Notes under the pieces: generated by a model
Database searches by the model: none
What the model was told of the DNA's origin: nothing
What the model saw: the letters and a program-made list of their open reading frames with translations, nothing else
In this document: in pieces, positions 25,205 through 35,297 of the stretch
Numbering within the stretch: the first letter of the stretch is position 1
Layout of the letters: the number at the start of each line of letters is the position of its first letter
NCBI GenBank assembly: GCA_964646515.1
Contig: CAZYES010000002.1
Location: 1 to 61,347, forward strand
Direction of reading: 5' to 3'
DNA length: 61,347 nt
DNA from: an uncultured Candidatus Saccharibacteria bacterium
GTDB taxonomy: Bacteria > Patescibacteriota > Minisyncoccia > Phycocordibacterales > PALSA-1337
Translations under genes and position numbers: made by a program

Positions 25205-25295
25205 CCCCCGACAATTATCCACAGCTCTACCCTGTTGCAAAAAATATAAAGTTTGGTACAAATTACTCACAAGTAATTACAAACTAAAAAAGACC

Positions 25296-25571
25296 ATGTC
25301 ACCAACAAAAGTTGCTAATTATAAAAAACAAAAAAATACCAGACATTCGAATGTTTCCGTGGATGAGACGCCCAATCACGCTCCACCGAAGAAAGCAAAA
25401 TCTTTAGAGATCGACGACTTGGATCACATTGCGAGCACTACCATCAGTATAGAAGAAAAACTCCCTGAAGATCCGATCGCCACAGAAAACGAAGACACCG
25501 ACCTAGAACTAGAAGAACTGGAGCTAGACGACGAGGAACTAAACCCTTTTGGCGACAAATGGGAACAATAA
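25296..25571 (+). CDS. hypothetical protein with a basic N-terminus and a highly acidic C-terminus
   Basis: In-frame ATG at 25296 (MSPTKVANYKKQK...ELEELELDDEELNPFGDKWEQ). The longer track ORF from 25173 would overlap ruvC. Confidence 0.4.
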   Translation: MSPTKVANYKKQKNTRHSNVSVDETPNHAPPKKAKSLEIDDLDHIASTTISIEEKLPEDPIATENEDTDLELEELELDDEELNPFGDKWEQ

Positions 25572-25621
25572 CACAAGCAATTATATTGACGCGCTAGTAA
25601 AAGCAAGCTTCTTGTGATTTC

Positions 25622-25630
25622 TGCTATAAT
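25622..25630 (+). promoter_or_regulatory. extended -10 box TGcTATAAT, 10 nt upstream of the PBP1A ATG at 25641
   Basis: The sequence ttctgcTATAATaagattcgtcATG is read directly. It lies inside the GTG-extended track ORF. Confidence 0.45.
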
Positions 25631-25640
25631 AAGATTCGTC

Positions 25641-28169
25641 ATGTTCAAAAATCACAGGAAAAGGCATCATTACGTAAGATCTGCAATACTCGTTTTAATT
25701 TCAATCTTTTTGATCGCCACTGGAGCTGGCGTTTTTTGGGTTGCCACATTAAAAATGCCAGATCTGAGTTCTTTCAAAAACAGAAAAATAGCGGAATCAA
25801 CCAAAATATATGACCGCACAGGCACAGTTTTGCTGTATGACACGGGGATCAATGCCAAACTCACGGTTGTCCCGCTATCTGACATATCCCCTTTCATACA
25901 AAAAGCGGCCATAGCTATCGAAGATTCAAACTTTTACCAAAACACCGGCATTGAACCAAAATCAATAATCAGAGCAATAATCGCCAACTTGTCCACGGGC
26001 AATTATAGTCAAGGCGCGTCAACAATAACACAACAAGTAGTCAAAAATTCACTTCTGACACAAGACAAGACTGTTACCAGAAAGATAAAGGAATGGGTCT
26101 TGGCAATAAAATTGACCAAGATAATGGAAAAGGACCAGATCCTTGAGGCCTACCTCAACGAAAGCCCATATGGCGGGACTATATATGGTGTTGAGGAAGC
26201 TAGCCAACAATTCTTCGGGAAACAAGCCAAGGATGTGAGTCTGGCTCAGGCAGCATATTTAGCAGCAATACCGCAAGCACCAACCTACTACTCGCCCTAT
26301 GGCACACACCGTGAAGAGTTGGACAATAGACAAAAACTAGTACTGTCGCGCATGAAGGCCCTGGAAATGATATCCGAGGACGAGTACAACAACGCCAAAG
26401 CAGAAAAAGTACAGTTTCTTTCCAAACAAGCTGGTGGCATACGTGCGCCACATTTTGTAATGTTTGTAAGAGACTACATAGTACAAAAATACGGCGAGGA
26501 TGTCGTGAACAACAACGGACTGCGAGTCACAACTTCCCTAGACTACAATATGCAACAAAAAGCAGAAGAGGTCATAAAAAAATTCGGACCATCTCTAACT
26601 TCAAACTTCAACGCAAGCAATACAGCCATGGTAGCAATAGACCCAAAAACCGGTGACATTTTAACGATGGTTGGTTCTCGTGATTATTTCGATGAAACAA
26701 TAGACGGAAACTACAATGTCGCCATAGCAAAAAGACAACCAGGATCAACGTTCAAACCTTTTGTGTATTCAGCACTATTCAAAAAGGGCTATACGCCAGA
26801 AACAATACTATTTGATGTAAAAACAGAATTTTCCACCTATTGCACCCCAGAAGGCAAACCCATCAACCGTTCTGATGACCCAAAAAAGGCCTGCTACACA
26901 CCCGGAGAATACGACAATATTTTTGCTGGACCAATGACCGTAAAACAAGCATTGGCACAATCTAGAAATATCCCAGCAGTCAAAGCCCTGTATCTGGCTG
27001 GTATACAAGAATCCATACAAACCGGTGAAGATATGGGCATTACAACTCTCACCGACCGCAACCGTTATGGACTAACCCTGGTACTAGGTGGCGGAGAAGT
27101 GACTTTACTAGATCTTACCAGCGCTTATGGAGTTTTTGCCAACGATGGAGTAAAAAATCCAACCAGATCTATACTAAAAGTCGAAGACAGCAAGGGAAAC
27201 ATATTGGAAGAGGCGACAGCAAGCCCCTCACAAGTATTACAGCCGGAGATATCTCGGCAGATCTCGGATATACTCTCCGACAACGCTGTTCGTATGGAGA
27301 GCCTCAAACCGATCGCAAACAGCGTAGGTAGACAAGTGGCTATAAAAACCGGTACAACTAACGACTATCGTGATGTCTGGACTGTTGGATACACGCCAAA
27401 CCTGGTCGTTGGCGCTTGGGCAGGCAACAACGACAACACACCGATGCAACATAATGTAGCCGGATTGATAATCTCGCCACTTTGGGGGGCGTTCATGTCA
27501 GAAGTGGCAAAAACTTTCCCGCCGGAGAACTTCCAAACACCACCACCATCACCCCACATAGACAACAAGCCTGTACTACACGGAATATGGCAGGGTGGCA
27601 TTTCCTATAAAATAGACAAGATATCAAAAAAATTGGCAACGGAATATACACCACAAGAAACCATCGAGGAGATAGCGTCGCCAGATGTACACACGATACT
27701 ACATTGGATAAACAAAGACGATCCGCGTGGTCCCGCACCAACAAACCCAACTCAAGACACACAATATTCTCGCTGGGAATATGGTGTACGAAACTGGGTG
27801 CAGACATACAAACAAAGTCACCCCGAATTTGTAGAGACGCCCAATGCAATTGTGCCCACGGCCACAGACGACGTACACACTCCAGACAAAATGCCAAAGG
27901 TTACCATAGAGTCGCCGATAACAGATTCTGTTATCAATCCGCAAAACATGATATTACTACGGCTAAAATCCACTGGAGCCTATCCGCCACAAAAAACTGA
28001 GGTCTACTTGAACGGCAAATACGCTCTGACAGCAGACAAAGATCCTCTCAATATCTCGTTCGTACCAGCCGACATAGGCAGTCTCTCTAAAACAAACACC
28101 ATATCAGTAACCCTTTACGATAGCGTATTCAACAAAGGCCAAGCATCGGTGAACTTCTCGGTACAATAA
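25641..28169 (+). CDS. ponA: class A penicillin-binding protein (transglycosylase/transpeptidase, PBP1A type)
   Basis: GT51 motifs EDSNFYQNTGIEP and RKIKEW; TP motifs STFKPF, SRN and KTGT. N-terminal TM anchor. Confidence 0.9.
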   Translation: MFKNHRKRHHYVRSAILVLISIFLIATGAGVFWVATLKMPDLSSFKNRKIAESTKIYDRTGTVLLYDTGINAKLTVVPLSDISPFIQKAAIAIEDSNFYQNTGIEPKSIIRAIIANLSTGNYSQGASTITQQVVKNSLLTQDKTVTRKIKEWVLAIKLTKIMEKDQILEAYLNESPYGGTIYGVEEASQQFFGKQAKDVSLAQAAYLAAIPQAPTYYSPYGTHREELDNRQKLVLSRMKALEMISEDEYNNAKAEKVQFLSKQAGGIRAPHFVMFVRDYIVQKYGEDVVNNNGLRVTTSLDYNMQQKAEEVIKKFGPSLTSNFNASNTAMVAIDPKTGDILTMVGSRDYFDETIDGNYNVAIAKRQPGSTFKPFVYSALFKKGYTPETILFDVKTEFSTYCTPEGKPINRSDDPKKACYTPGEYDNIFAGPMTVKQALAQSRNIPAVKALYLAGIQESIQTGEDMGITTLTDRNRYGLTLVLGGGEVTLLDLTSAYGVFANDGVKNPTRSILKVEDSKGNILEEATASPSQVLQPEISRQISDILSDNAVRMESLKPIANSVGRQVAIKTGTTNDYRDVWTVGYTPNLVVGAWAGNNDNTPMQHNVAGLIISPLWGAFMSEVAKTFPPENFQTPPPSPHIDNKPVLHGIWQGGISYKIDKISKKLATEYTPQETIEEIASPDVHTILHWINKDDPRGPAPTNPTQDTQYSRWEYGVRNWVQTYKQSHPEFVETPNAIVPTATDDVHTPDKMPKVTIESPITDSVINPQNMILLRLKSTGAYPPQKTEVYLNGKYALTADKDPLNISFVPADIGSLSKTNTISVTLYDSVFNKGQASVNFSVQ

Positions 28170-28207
28170 CTGGCACACTCCAAAAAAACGTCCTCATGAA
28201 ATTGACA

Positions 28208-28471
28208 CTAACGTATATCCAAAACCTTTTTAACCGTCTGTAATTTATTAATCTCTTTGAGAAGAGCTTCCTTTTTTATGTAAATTGTAGACCTGTCAGC
28301 CTGGTTGATATTGGTCAACGTCACCAACGAATCTTTGAACTTTATATTCTCTACACCAACCTCTATACCAACTAAATTTCTCAAAGAATCAGCAACCGCC
28401 ATACGCAAAAATAACTCTTTCGCATAAGAGCTCTGTATTTTTTTGAATAAATGGCCAATTCCAAACATCAA
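28208..28471 (-). CDS. small DUF721-like protein downstream of dnaN (possible DciA-type)
   Basis: 87-aa ORF placed immediately after dnaN as in many genomes. The call rests on position and size only. Confidence 0.3.
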   Translation of the reverse strand: MMFGIGHLFKKIQSSYAKELFLRMAVADSLRNLVGIEVGVENIKFKDSLVTLTNINQADRSTIYIKKEALLKEINKLQTVKKVLDIR

Positions 28472-28473
28472 AT

Positions 28474-29580
28474 TTACCTGTTCATCGGCATCACTAGATA
28501 CATGAAAGTCTGATCGCCAGAAACCGGACGTATAACCATGGGCTTATTTATACCACCCAGCTGTAACGAAATACTATCAGAGTCAATGGACTGGAAACAG
28601 TCAGCAATATACTTGTAATTAAAATTGACCTCTATCTTATCGCCAGTAAGAGCCGAATCAACCACCGTGTCGTTCTCACCAACATCGCTATTTTTTGTCT
28701 TTATTTCAAATAATTTACTCTTTGGATCAATAACCATCCTTATTTGGTTAAATTTATCAGAAAAAATGTTGGATATCTTCAGGGCATTTACAAAATCCTG
28801 TTTCAACATAACCGCTTCGGTAGAATAACCCTTCGGGACGATCTGCCTGTAATCTGGAAACACACCATCAATTATTCTTGACGCTACGTATATACCATTT
28901 GCCTCAAAAGAAATGAGGTTCTTGCTTGTTTTCATTGTCGTGTTTTCACCCATACCCTCTAATAACCTTATTAGATCGGAAATGTTCTTGAAAGGAATAA
29001 GAATATCGTTCAGTTTCACTGTTGTTGGCACTTTGACCTTTCTTTCGGCCAAACGAAAAGAATCTGTGGCTACAAAAATCAAATACTCACCGTCACGATA
29101 AATATAAACGCTGGAAAGTTCCGGTTTTACGCTGGAAATCGAGGAACTATACCAAACCGATTTTAACCCTTTGATAAAAACGTTCGTGGGTAAAGAAAAT
29201 TCTTGACCACCAATTACCTTCGGAACGGACGGAAAATCTTCATGGGGAATCGTTTTTATCACTCCTTTTGACCTAGAAGTTGATATATGTAAGTTTTCAG
29301 AGATAATTTCCAATTTAACAACCTGATTGTCTTCATAAATCTGAGAGACAAAAGGAGAAATAACATTAGCCGGTACCGTTATAATACCTTCATCGTTCGA
29401 TTTCACTGGAACTGTTACTTCGATTCCAATATCAAGGTTAGTTGTTTTGAATACAGCTGTGTTCTTACTAACTTCTATTAAAATACAAGAAAGTACAGGC
29501 AGGGTCATATGTTTGCCTGCCACTTTCTCAACGAGTAGCACGGCTTCTTTGAATTTCCGAAAATTTATTTCCAGTTTCAT
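28474..29580 (-). CDS. dnaN: DNA polymerase III beta sliding clamp
   Basis: 368 aa with a three-domain clamp pattern. LVMPMNR C-terminus. Synteny with dnaA. Confidence 0.9.
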   Translation of the reverse strand: MKLEINFRKFKEAVLLVEKVAGKHMTLPVLSCILIEVSKNTAVFKTTNLDIGIEVTVPVKSNDEGIITVPANVISPFVSQIYEDNQVVKLEIISENLHISTSRSKGVIKTIPHEDFPSVPKVIGGQEFSLPTNVFIKGLKSVWYSSSISSVKPELSSVYIYRDGEYLIFVATDSFRLAERKVKVPTTVKLNDILIPFKNISDLIRLLEGMGENTTMKTSKNLISFEANGIYVASRIIDGVFPDYRQIVPKGYSTEAVMLKQDFVNALKISNIFSDKFNQIRMVIDPKSKLFEIKTKNSDVGENDTVVDSALTGDKIEVNFNYKYIADCFQSIDSDSISLQLGGINKPMVIRPVSGDQTFMYLVMPMNR

Positions 29581-29807
29581 AATAGTTTTAATTTAAATTA
29601 TTTTATATGTTTTTATTATTAGTGTTGTTGATATGTTGATATCTTTTTACGTAGCCTGACATATACATTTTTTTGTAATAAAGACTTTTTAGGGTGTTAA
29701 TTATTTCCGGATAAATTTTATTGATCTCATTTTTGTGTTAAATTTAACTTTTTTATTCCAAACTAATCAACATCCTAAATACATCTTATCAACAGGCTTT
29801 ACACTTT
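29581..29807. promoter_or_regulatory. AT-rich dnaA-dnaN spacer with DnaA-box-like 9-mers (candidate oriC half / DUE)
   Basis: TGTTGATAT occurs twice, overlapping, at 29626-29642. TTATCAACA lies at 29786-29794. The surrounding sequence is extremely AT-rich. Confidence 0.5.
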
Positions 29808-31154
29808 TTACAACATTGATCTAAGCTGGCTTATTTCTTGTGATAATAAGGTGTCGGTTTTCAGTTCCTCTTTGATTTTTTCATAGGAGTGTATCACGGT
29901 TGTGTGGTCTCGGCCCCCCAGTTTGTTGCCAATAGAAGGAAATGAGATGTTGAAATCTTCTCGGAGTATATACATGACTACTTGTCTGGGGCGCACCACC
30001 TCTTTTCGGCGTGTTTTGTTGAGAACGCTGTCCTCATCTATATTGTAGAATTCGGACACGACCCTTACAACATCCTTGATGGCGATGGTTTTTTTGGGTT
30101 TGGCGCTGTTTTTGAGTATATTTTTTATCTCATTTATATTTAATTCTCGATTTCGGAGCTGTGTCTGACAGGCAATGACATTCACAATGCCTTCTATTTC
30201 TCGAATGTTGTCTTTGATAGATGAGGCTAGATAATCGACAATCTCTTCAGAAAGAGTGATGTTTTGAACACAACACTTGGTTTTTACGATGGCCATTCGC
30301 GATTCGTGATCGGGCTCGGGAATATCGACGATCATACCAACACTAAATCTGCCACGCAGGCGGTCTTCTAGGCCGGGAATAATGTTTGGGTGTCTGTCTG
30401 ACGAGAAGACCAGCTGTCTACCTGTATCATGGAAGGTGTTGAAGAAATGGAATAGTTCTTCTTGGAACTTGTCTTTATTTGAGAAAAACTGGACGTCGTC
30501 CATGATCATCACGTCATATTTACGATATCTATCTTTGAATTGTTGAACTCTGCCTTCCTGTATGGCCACGAAAAATTCAGAACCAAAGCGCTCAGAAGTA
30601 AGGTAAAAAACTTTTTTGTTGGGGTGGGCCTTTTTGATTTGGTTCCCTACGGCTTGGATCAGGTGAGTTTTGCCTCTGCCCGTAGAGCCATAGACGAATA
30701 ATGGGTTGTAGATCTGCCCAGGGGTTTTTATAACGGTTTGCGAAGCCGCATGGGCAAGCTCATTAAAAGGTCCCACAACGAAATTTTCGAAGGTATAACG
30801 TGGGTTGAGGTTGTCTTCTTTGTTTATGTAGAAGTCTTGCAAAGGCATTGGTATGGTGGGAGTAGACGATTGCCTTTTTAGCTCATCTTTTTTGGAGCCG
30901 GACTCTTCTTTGGTCACAACATACTCTAGTGCTCTGACGCGGTCGTTCATCTGGCGAAGTATTTTTAGTATAGAATTATGAAATTTTTTAAATAGCCACT
31001 GTTGGGTAAAAGAGTTTGGTACTCCTAGATAAATAACGCCCTCTTCTTCTTTGATGATAGTGGTTTCTTTGAACCACGTTGAAAAATTAGCCTGAGATAC
31101 TGCGGTTTCTATCTCTACCAAAGCCGTTTGCCACATTTTTGTGTAGTCGTTCAT
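29808..31154 (-). CDS. dnaA: chromosomal replication initiator DnaA
   Basis: GSTGRGKTHL Walker A, MIMDDVQF, and C-terminal DNA-binding helix GGRDHTTVIHSYEKI. Start taken at ATG 31154 (MNDYTKMWQ). Confidence 0.95.
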   Translation of the reverse strand: MNDYTKMWQTALVEIETAVSQANFSTWFKETTIIKEEEGVIYLGVPNSFTQQWLFKKFHNSILKILRQMNDRVRALEYVVTKEESGSKKDELKRQSSTPTIPMPLQDFYINKEDNLNPRYTFENFVVGPFNELAHAASQTVIKTPGQIYNPLFVYGSTGRGKTHLIQAVGNQIKKAHPNKKVFYLTSERFGSEFFVAIQEGRVQQFKDRYRKYDVMIMDDVQFFSNKDKFQEELFHFFNTFHDTGRQLVFSSDRHPNIIPGLEDRLRGRFSVGMIVDIPEPDHESRMAIVKTKCCVQNITLSEEIVDYLASSIKDNIREIEGIVNVIACQTQLRNRELNINEIKNILKNSAKPKKTIAIKDVVRVVSEFYNIDEDSVLNKTRRKEVVRPRQVVMYILREDFNISFPSIGNKLGGRDHTTVIHSYEKIKEELKTDTLLSQEISQLRSML

Positions 31155-31202
31155 AATTTGCAAATTTACTCTGATAGTATATACCTGTTTATAAATATGC
31201 AA

Positions 31203-31270
31203 ACTTGTGGAGAGCCATAAAATATGTTGATAAGTTGTGGACAGTAAAAAACTTGCGCACTTGTGAATTT
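31203..31270. promoter_or_regulatory. cluster of four co-oriented DnaA-box-like 9-mers between dnaA and rpmH (candidate oriC half)
   Basis: TGTGGAGAG 31206-31214, TGTTGATAA 31225-31233, TGTGGACAG 31236-31244 and TGTGAATTT 31262-31270, compared with the consensus TGTGGATAA. Confidence 0.55.
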
Positions 31271-31275
31271 TCTAC

Positions 31276-31281
31276 TATAGT
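31276..31281 (+). promoter_or_regulatory. -10 box TATAGT, 6 nt upstream of the rpmH ATG
   Basis: The sequence ctacTATAGTgcctacATG is read directly. Confidence 0.4.
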
Positions 31282-31287
31282 GCCTAC

Positions 31288-31422
31288 ATGTCATTTACGT
31301 ATAATCCCAAAAAAAGGAAACGAGCGAAGTCTCATGGATTTCGTGTACGCATGAAAACAACTAGTGGCCGCAAAGTTCTTGCCCGTAGACGTCACAAGAA
31401 GCGTGCCAGGATAGCGGTTTAG
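31288..31422 (+). CDS. rpmH: 50S ribosomal protein L34
   Basis: Below the ORF-track size cut-off. Translation [44 protein letters not shown] is a canonical L34. Classic rpmH-rnpA-yidC synteny. Confidence 0.9.
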   Translation: MSFTYNPKKRKRAKSHGFRVRMKTTSGRKVLARRRHKKRARIAV

Positions 31423-31518
31423 GTTTTGACGCCTGCCATTTTGTGTCTAAATCATGTTTGCCAAAAATAGATTATCTGGTGGTGGGTAGGAAGAGCGCTA
31501 ATCGGGATCTAAATCGTT

Positions 31519-31854
31519 ATGTTGCCACGACAAAAAAGACTACAGACCAGACAATTCAACGAGGTGATGGCAAAAGGGAAAGTTAGCCACTCGCTTTTTT
31601 TCTTGTTGCGTACGTTGATTGTTGGTAAACCGACTAGGGTTTCGGTGGTGGTACCACAGAAGATTGGCAAAACAGCGGTCATCCGCAACAAGCTACGACG
31701 TAAAGTGTATGAGGCTGTTCGACCATTATTTTCTTTGGTTGCTCCCGATGTTTATATTATTATTTTTGCAAAAAGTTCTGCACTATCAGCGTCATTTGCT
31801 GAACTCCAAAGAGAAATAAGAGTCGCCTTTGTAAAAGCGGGAGTTTTGAAGTAG
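31519..31854 (+). CDS. rnpA: RNase P protein component
   Basis: 111-aa basic protein containing KIGKTAVIRNKLRRKVYEA (the RNR motif region). Synteny supports the call. Confidence 0.85.
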   Translation: MLPRQKRLQTRQFNEVMAKGKVSHSLFFLLRTLIVGKPTRVSVVVPQKIGKTAVIRNKLRRKVYEAVRPLFSLVAPDVYIIIFAKSSALSASFAELQREIRVAFVKAGVLK

Positions 31855-31883
31855 TATTATCAGGTTGGTGTAAATTTATTACG

Positions 31884-32633
31884 ATGTATCATAATTTAAT
31901 TTTTCTTCCCCTCTATAATGGTCTTGTTGGTATTATGGATTTTATTCCCGGAGTTGATATTGGTATTGCTGTAATTATCTTTACTATAATAATTCGCCTG
32001 ATTCTCTTCCCTCTTTCCAAGGGCTCTTTACTCACGCAGGTCAGAATGAAAGAAATTGAACCGGAAGTCAATAAAATCAAAGCCAAATACGCAGATGACA
32101 AACAGACACAAGCACTGAAAGTGATGGAGCTTTATAAAGAAAAAAAGATAAAACCATTTTCTAGTATATTACTTTTGATTATACAGATACCCATTCTGAT
32201 AGCACTCATTTCGGTTTTTTATAAGATAATTCCTTCGGTCAATCCAGAATTTTTGTATAGTTTCATCGGTGTCCCCACGGCAAAAGCGACCTTGCTTGGT
32301 CTCGATTTGACTCAGAAAAGTCTAATCTTGGCGCTGATTACTGGTGTGGCTCAATTTCTTCAGTTACATTTTTCTGTGGCAGTTAGGCAACAGAACATCG
32401 CGACTTTGCAAACACTTAAAAGTGGCGGAAAACTTGATACAGCCTCGCAACTATCTAGTTCCATGAACAAACAGATGAAATTTTTCTTGCCAATCTTGGC
32501 TTTTGTCTCCGTATATTGGATTATTCCCGCCAGTTTCCCGCAAGCGGCGGCGATAATTGCTATCTATTGGTCTGTAAGCGCGCTATTTACGCTTGGTCAA
32601 GAATTGTATATCAAAAAAAGACACTTAGGATAA
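31884..32633 (+). CDS. yidC: membrane protein insertase YidC (short, Gram-positive-type)
   Basis: IAVIIFTIIIRLILFPLS...MKEIEPEVNKIKAKY...ELYKEKKIKPFSS, and five TM segments. Confidence 0.85.
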   Translation: MYHNLIFLPLYNGLVGIMDFIPGVDIGIAVIIFTIIIRLILFPLSKGSLLTQVRMKEIEPEVNKIKAKYADDKQTQALKVMELYKEKKIKPFSSILLLIIQIPILIALISVFYKIIPSVNPEFLYSFIGVPTAKATLLGLDLTQKSLILALITGVAQFLQLHFSVAVRQQNIATLQTLKSGGKLDTASQLSSSMNKQMKFFLPILAFVSVYWIIPASFPQAAAIIAIYWSVSALFTLGQELYIKKRHLG

Positions 32634-32647
32634 CCAGAATGGCTATC

Positions 32648-34054
32648 TTATTTGGAGGAAACCAGATCCAACGACCACAGTGACAGGTCGTTTTTGTTCA
32701 TGAAGTACAAATAATTGTCTTTTGGGTCTAGGCCCAGATTGAAAGCGTCTATGACACGATCACTTTCGTCCAAGATAGATGAAATCAGGTGTATCTCCCC
32801 AGTTAGAACGTTGATTTGCCAGATTTTGTCTGCGAAAGAGACCTTGCCCATTGCCCAATCGTCAGGATAGGTAGCATTTGTTAGTTGCGAAGGAGTAGCG
32901 CAGTAAACTATTTCTTTATAAAAATTTCCCCAAGCACATTTGTCGGCCAAAGTTCTTACCACCGCATCTGTTATAGTGGCGTCTGCTATCGAGTATATGT
33001 TTGTTTGGAGTTTTTTGTCGCTATTGACCGATGAAACGATGGCGAACTTGGCATCATGGCTGACCTTGGCGCTGAGTCCCAGCATTGGTCCAGCAACTTT
33101 TTTCCATGTACCGGTTTTCATATTTATTAGGTACAGGAAGCCACTTTGACTGGCAGATCCTTTGGTGATTATAGCTATGGTGTTGTCTTCTGGCCAATCT
33201 ACGTTGATTTGAGTCATTGGCGTGTCGAATATCTTGGTTATCGATTTACCATCGAACGTGGCAGTGTATCCTACTCCTACCCCGCTTTCGTTGACCACCA
33301 TGAGAACCTTGTCTTTCTTGGGAGATGTGGCATAGGAAATTACGCGGTCTGATAGATTGTTTCCTTTGAGCGTGAAGGGTGTTAGCGGTAGTTTTGAATT
33401 GTTGGAAACAGTAGTTGAGGTGGCATTATATGTGCTTGTTGCTACTTTTGTATTTGATGCTGTCTGGGTTTTTAGTTCTGCATATAGTGTTGTGGCCCAC
33501 GATGAATCGTCATCGAGCATTGAACCGACAAATATCGTTAGGTTTTTGTTCCAAACGCTGTCGTATATTTTGGGCAATACGGTATTGGATAATGTTGTTA
33601 TGGCCAATGAATCATCTCTAGCCTCATAGATATTTCCTCTTCCCCGATCGACCCACCTGACCACGGCTACGTCTCTTGATGTTGTCTGTGGCTTGGTTAA
33701 TTTTTTTGTGGTCGTACCGGTTGAGCTTGTGGCTACAACAGGGGTTATGATAACGGTCGTGCTGGCGCCGTATCCGCCGACGGGCGTATTACTGAGCAAT
33801 CTCAATATAGGTATTTTTGTGGCCACGCTCGTCGTAGTTGAAATGTTGTTGCCATTATTGTTGGTGCCGGTGTTAGTGGGCAGGTTGCCACCTGTGGCTG
33901 GTCTGTTTAGTGGCTCAAATCCGTTCGTTGGTTCATTTGTCACTGGCTCGGTGCTAGTTTTTGTTGTGCGTGCAAAAAAATACCAGTAACCACCCGCAAC
34001 CAAGACAAGAATGGCGATCAACATGACAATAATTTTCCAAGTGGGCTTATTCAT
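32648..34054 (-). CDS. N-terminally anchored, Thr/Asn-rich linker plus beta-propeller-like protein (last gene of the T4SS-like operon)
   Basis: TM anchor KIIVMLIAILVLVAGGYWYFF. A low-complexity T/N linker, then a beta-rich region. Confidence 0.5.
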   Translation of the reverse strand: MNKPTWKIIVMLIAILVLVAGGYWYFFARTTKTSTEPVTNEPTNGFEPLNRPATGGNLPTNTGTNNNGNNISTTTSVATKIPILRLLSNTPVGGYGASTTVIITPVVATSSTGTTTKKLTKPQTTSRDVAVVRWVDRGRGNIYEARDDSLAITTLSNTVLPKIYDSVWNKNLTIFVGSMLDDDSSWATTLYAELKTQTASNTKVATSTYNATSTTVSNNSKLPLTPFTLKGNNLSDRVISYATSPKKDKVLMVVNESGVGVGYTATFDGKSITKIFDTPMTQINVDWPEDNTIAIITKGSASQSGFLYLINMKTGTWKKVAGPMLGLSAKVSHDAKFAIVSSVNSDKKLQTNIYSIADATITDAVVRTLADKCAWGNFYKEIVYCATPSQLTNATYPDDWAMGKVSFADKIWQINVLTGEIHLISSILDESDRVIDAFNLGLDPKDNYLYFMNKNDLSLWSLDLVSSK

Positions 34055-34067
34055 AGGTAATATTTTG

Positions 34068-35288
34068 TTATGGTGCTTTTACATCTTGTATACCTTTTGT
34101 TATTTCATTGGCGTATGTTGTTAACTCATTATATTTTTCTTGTGGCAGTTTATTTCTTGATGCATACAAAATGTCTGCCACATTACCCGCAGCCGCGTTC
34201 TTGGCGCCTTCTTGGCCGGATGGCGACCTGAAGGCGCTGGCTACTCGTTGTATATTTCCTAATAATGGTGTTGTTGCCACGATGATATGAGTCGTGTCTT
34301 CGATAACACCTCCCCAAAAAGTTGGGTCATTTGCTCTCCTGACTGCGGCCAATTGGGCCAGCATGGCCAGTTTGGTTTGTGTAAAGTTTGACTCAATTTC
34401 TAATTGTTTTACTTTTTCTGTTTGTCCCAGTGCTGTCAATTGTTCTTTGTAGGTTTCTTCTGTATCTCTGCACGCTTGTATCGCTTGATTTATGGTGTCC
34501 ACTGTTTGCACAGCCGTGTCGGTACTGATCATCTGGTTATCGATTGACTGGGTGCTGTAAATTAGGTATTGTTCGCCTCGACTTTCATTTATTTGCGCTA
34601 TTATTTCTTGAGCTTCAGGGTCTGTGGACGTGTCGACTTCATAGCCATTAGATTCTCTATATGACTGTTTGTATTGTTCTAGCTCATCTTCTAATACCTC
34701 GATTTCCTCATCGATTTCTTCTATTCTTGTTACAGCACCTTGGTTGGTTTGTCTTATTTGTTCTCTTTCTCTTTCAGCTATATTGTCAAAAAAAATTGTA
34801 GATGAATTGGTCCTACAGCCCGGATCTGTTATTTTTTTATTGCGGTCGCTCGGACAAGTCAGCTCTATATCGGGCACTAAAGTTTTTGGTATTTCTACCA
34901 GACGCGGATTGATGGTTCTTAGTATGATATAGGAGCACAATACCAAAAGGAGACCAAGTAAAGCATTTTGGATTTTCTTTTTGCCGTCGGTTTTTACTCC
35001 GGGGATAGAGCTTGTCATATATTGGAAGCCCCCCAAAACAATCATGAATACGGCAGCTACAGCAGCCAGGGCGACAAGTAAGTTGAAGGCATACTTGATA
35101 TATTCTTCGACAGTTACTGTCTCTTCCATTGACATACTGCCGTCTTTTTCGATCTGTGGCAAAGGTGCAAGCATGGTATATGTTTGAGGCTCTGTGGCCA
35201 TTGATATGCTTGGCAAGATAAATAAAAAGAGCAAGATTACTAGTAAAAACTTTTGGCCTTGGTTTGTCTTGTTTGAATTTATTTTCAT
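34068..35288 (-). CDS. T4SS-pilin-like (TrbC/VirB2-type) N-terminal domain protein with a long coiled-coil C-terminus
   Basis: Signal sequence, then two hydrophobic helices FNLLVALAAVAAVFMIVLGGFQYMTS and ALLGLLLVLCSYIILRTINP, the layout of T4SS pilins. The C-terminal 250 aa are acidic and helical. Confidence 0.5.
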   Translation of the reverse strand: MKINSNKTNQGQKFLLVILLFLFILPSISMATEPQTYTMLAPLPQIEKDGSMSMEETVTVEEYIKYAFNLLVALAAVAAVFMIVLGGFQYMTSSIPGVKTDGKKKIQNALLGLLLVLCSYIILRTINPRLVEIPKTLVPDIELTCPSDRNKKITDPGCRTNSSTIFFDNIAEREREQIRQTNQGAVTRIEEIDEEIEVLEDELEQYKQSYRESNGYEVDTSTDPEAQEIIAQINESRGEQYLIYSTQSIDNQMISTDTAVQTVDTINQAIQACRDTEETYKEQLTALGQTEKVKQLEIESNFTQTKLAMLAQLAAVRRANDPTFWGGVIEDTTHIIVATTPLLGNIQRVASAFRSPSGQEGAKNAAAGNVADILYASRNKLPQEKYNELTTYANEITKGIQDVKAP

Positions 35289-35297
35289 GAATATATT

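Noticed and set aside
25173-25295. Upstream extension of ORF 25173..25571 overlapping ruvC
   Set aside because: The extension overlaps the ruvC 3' end in another frame and has no protein-like composition. The internal ATG at 25296 is preferred.
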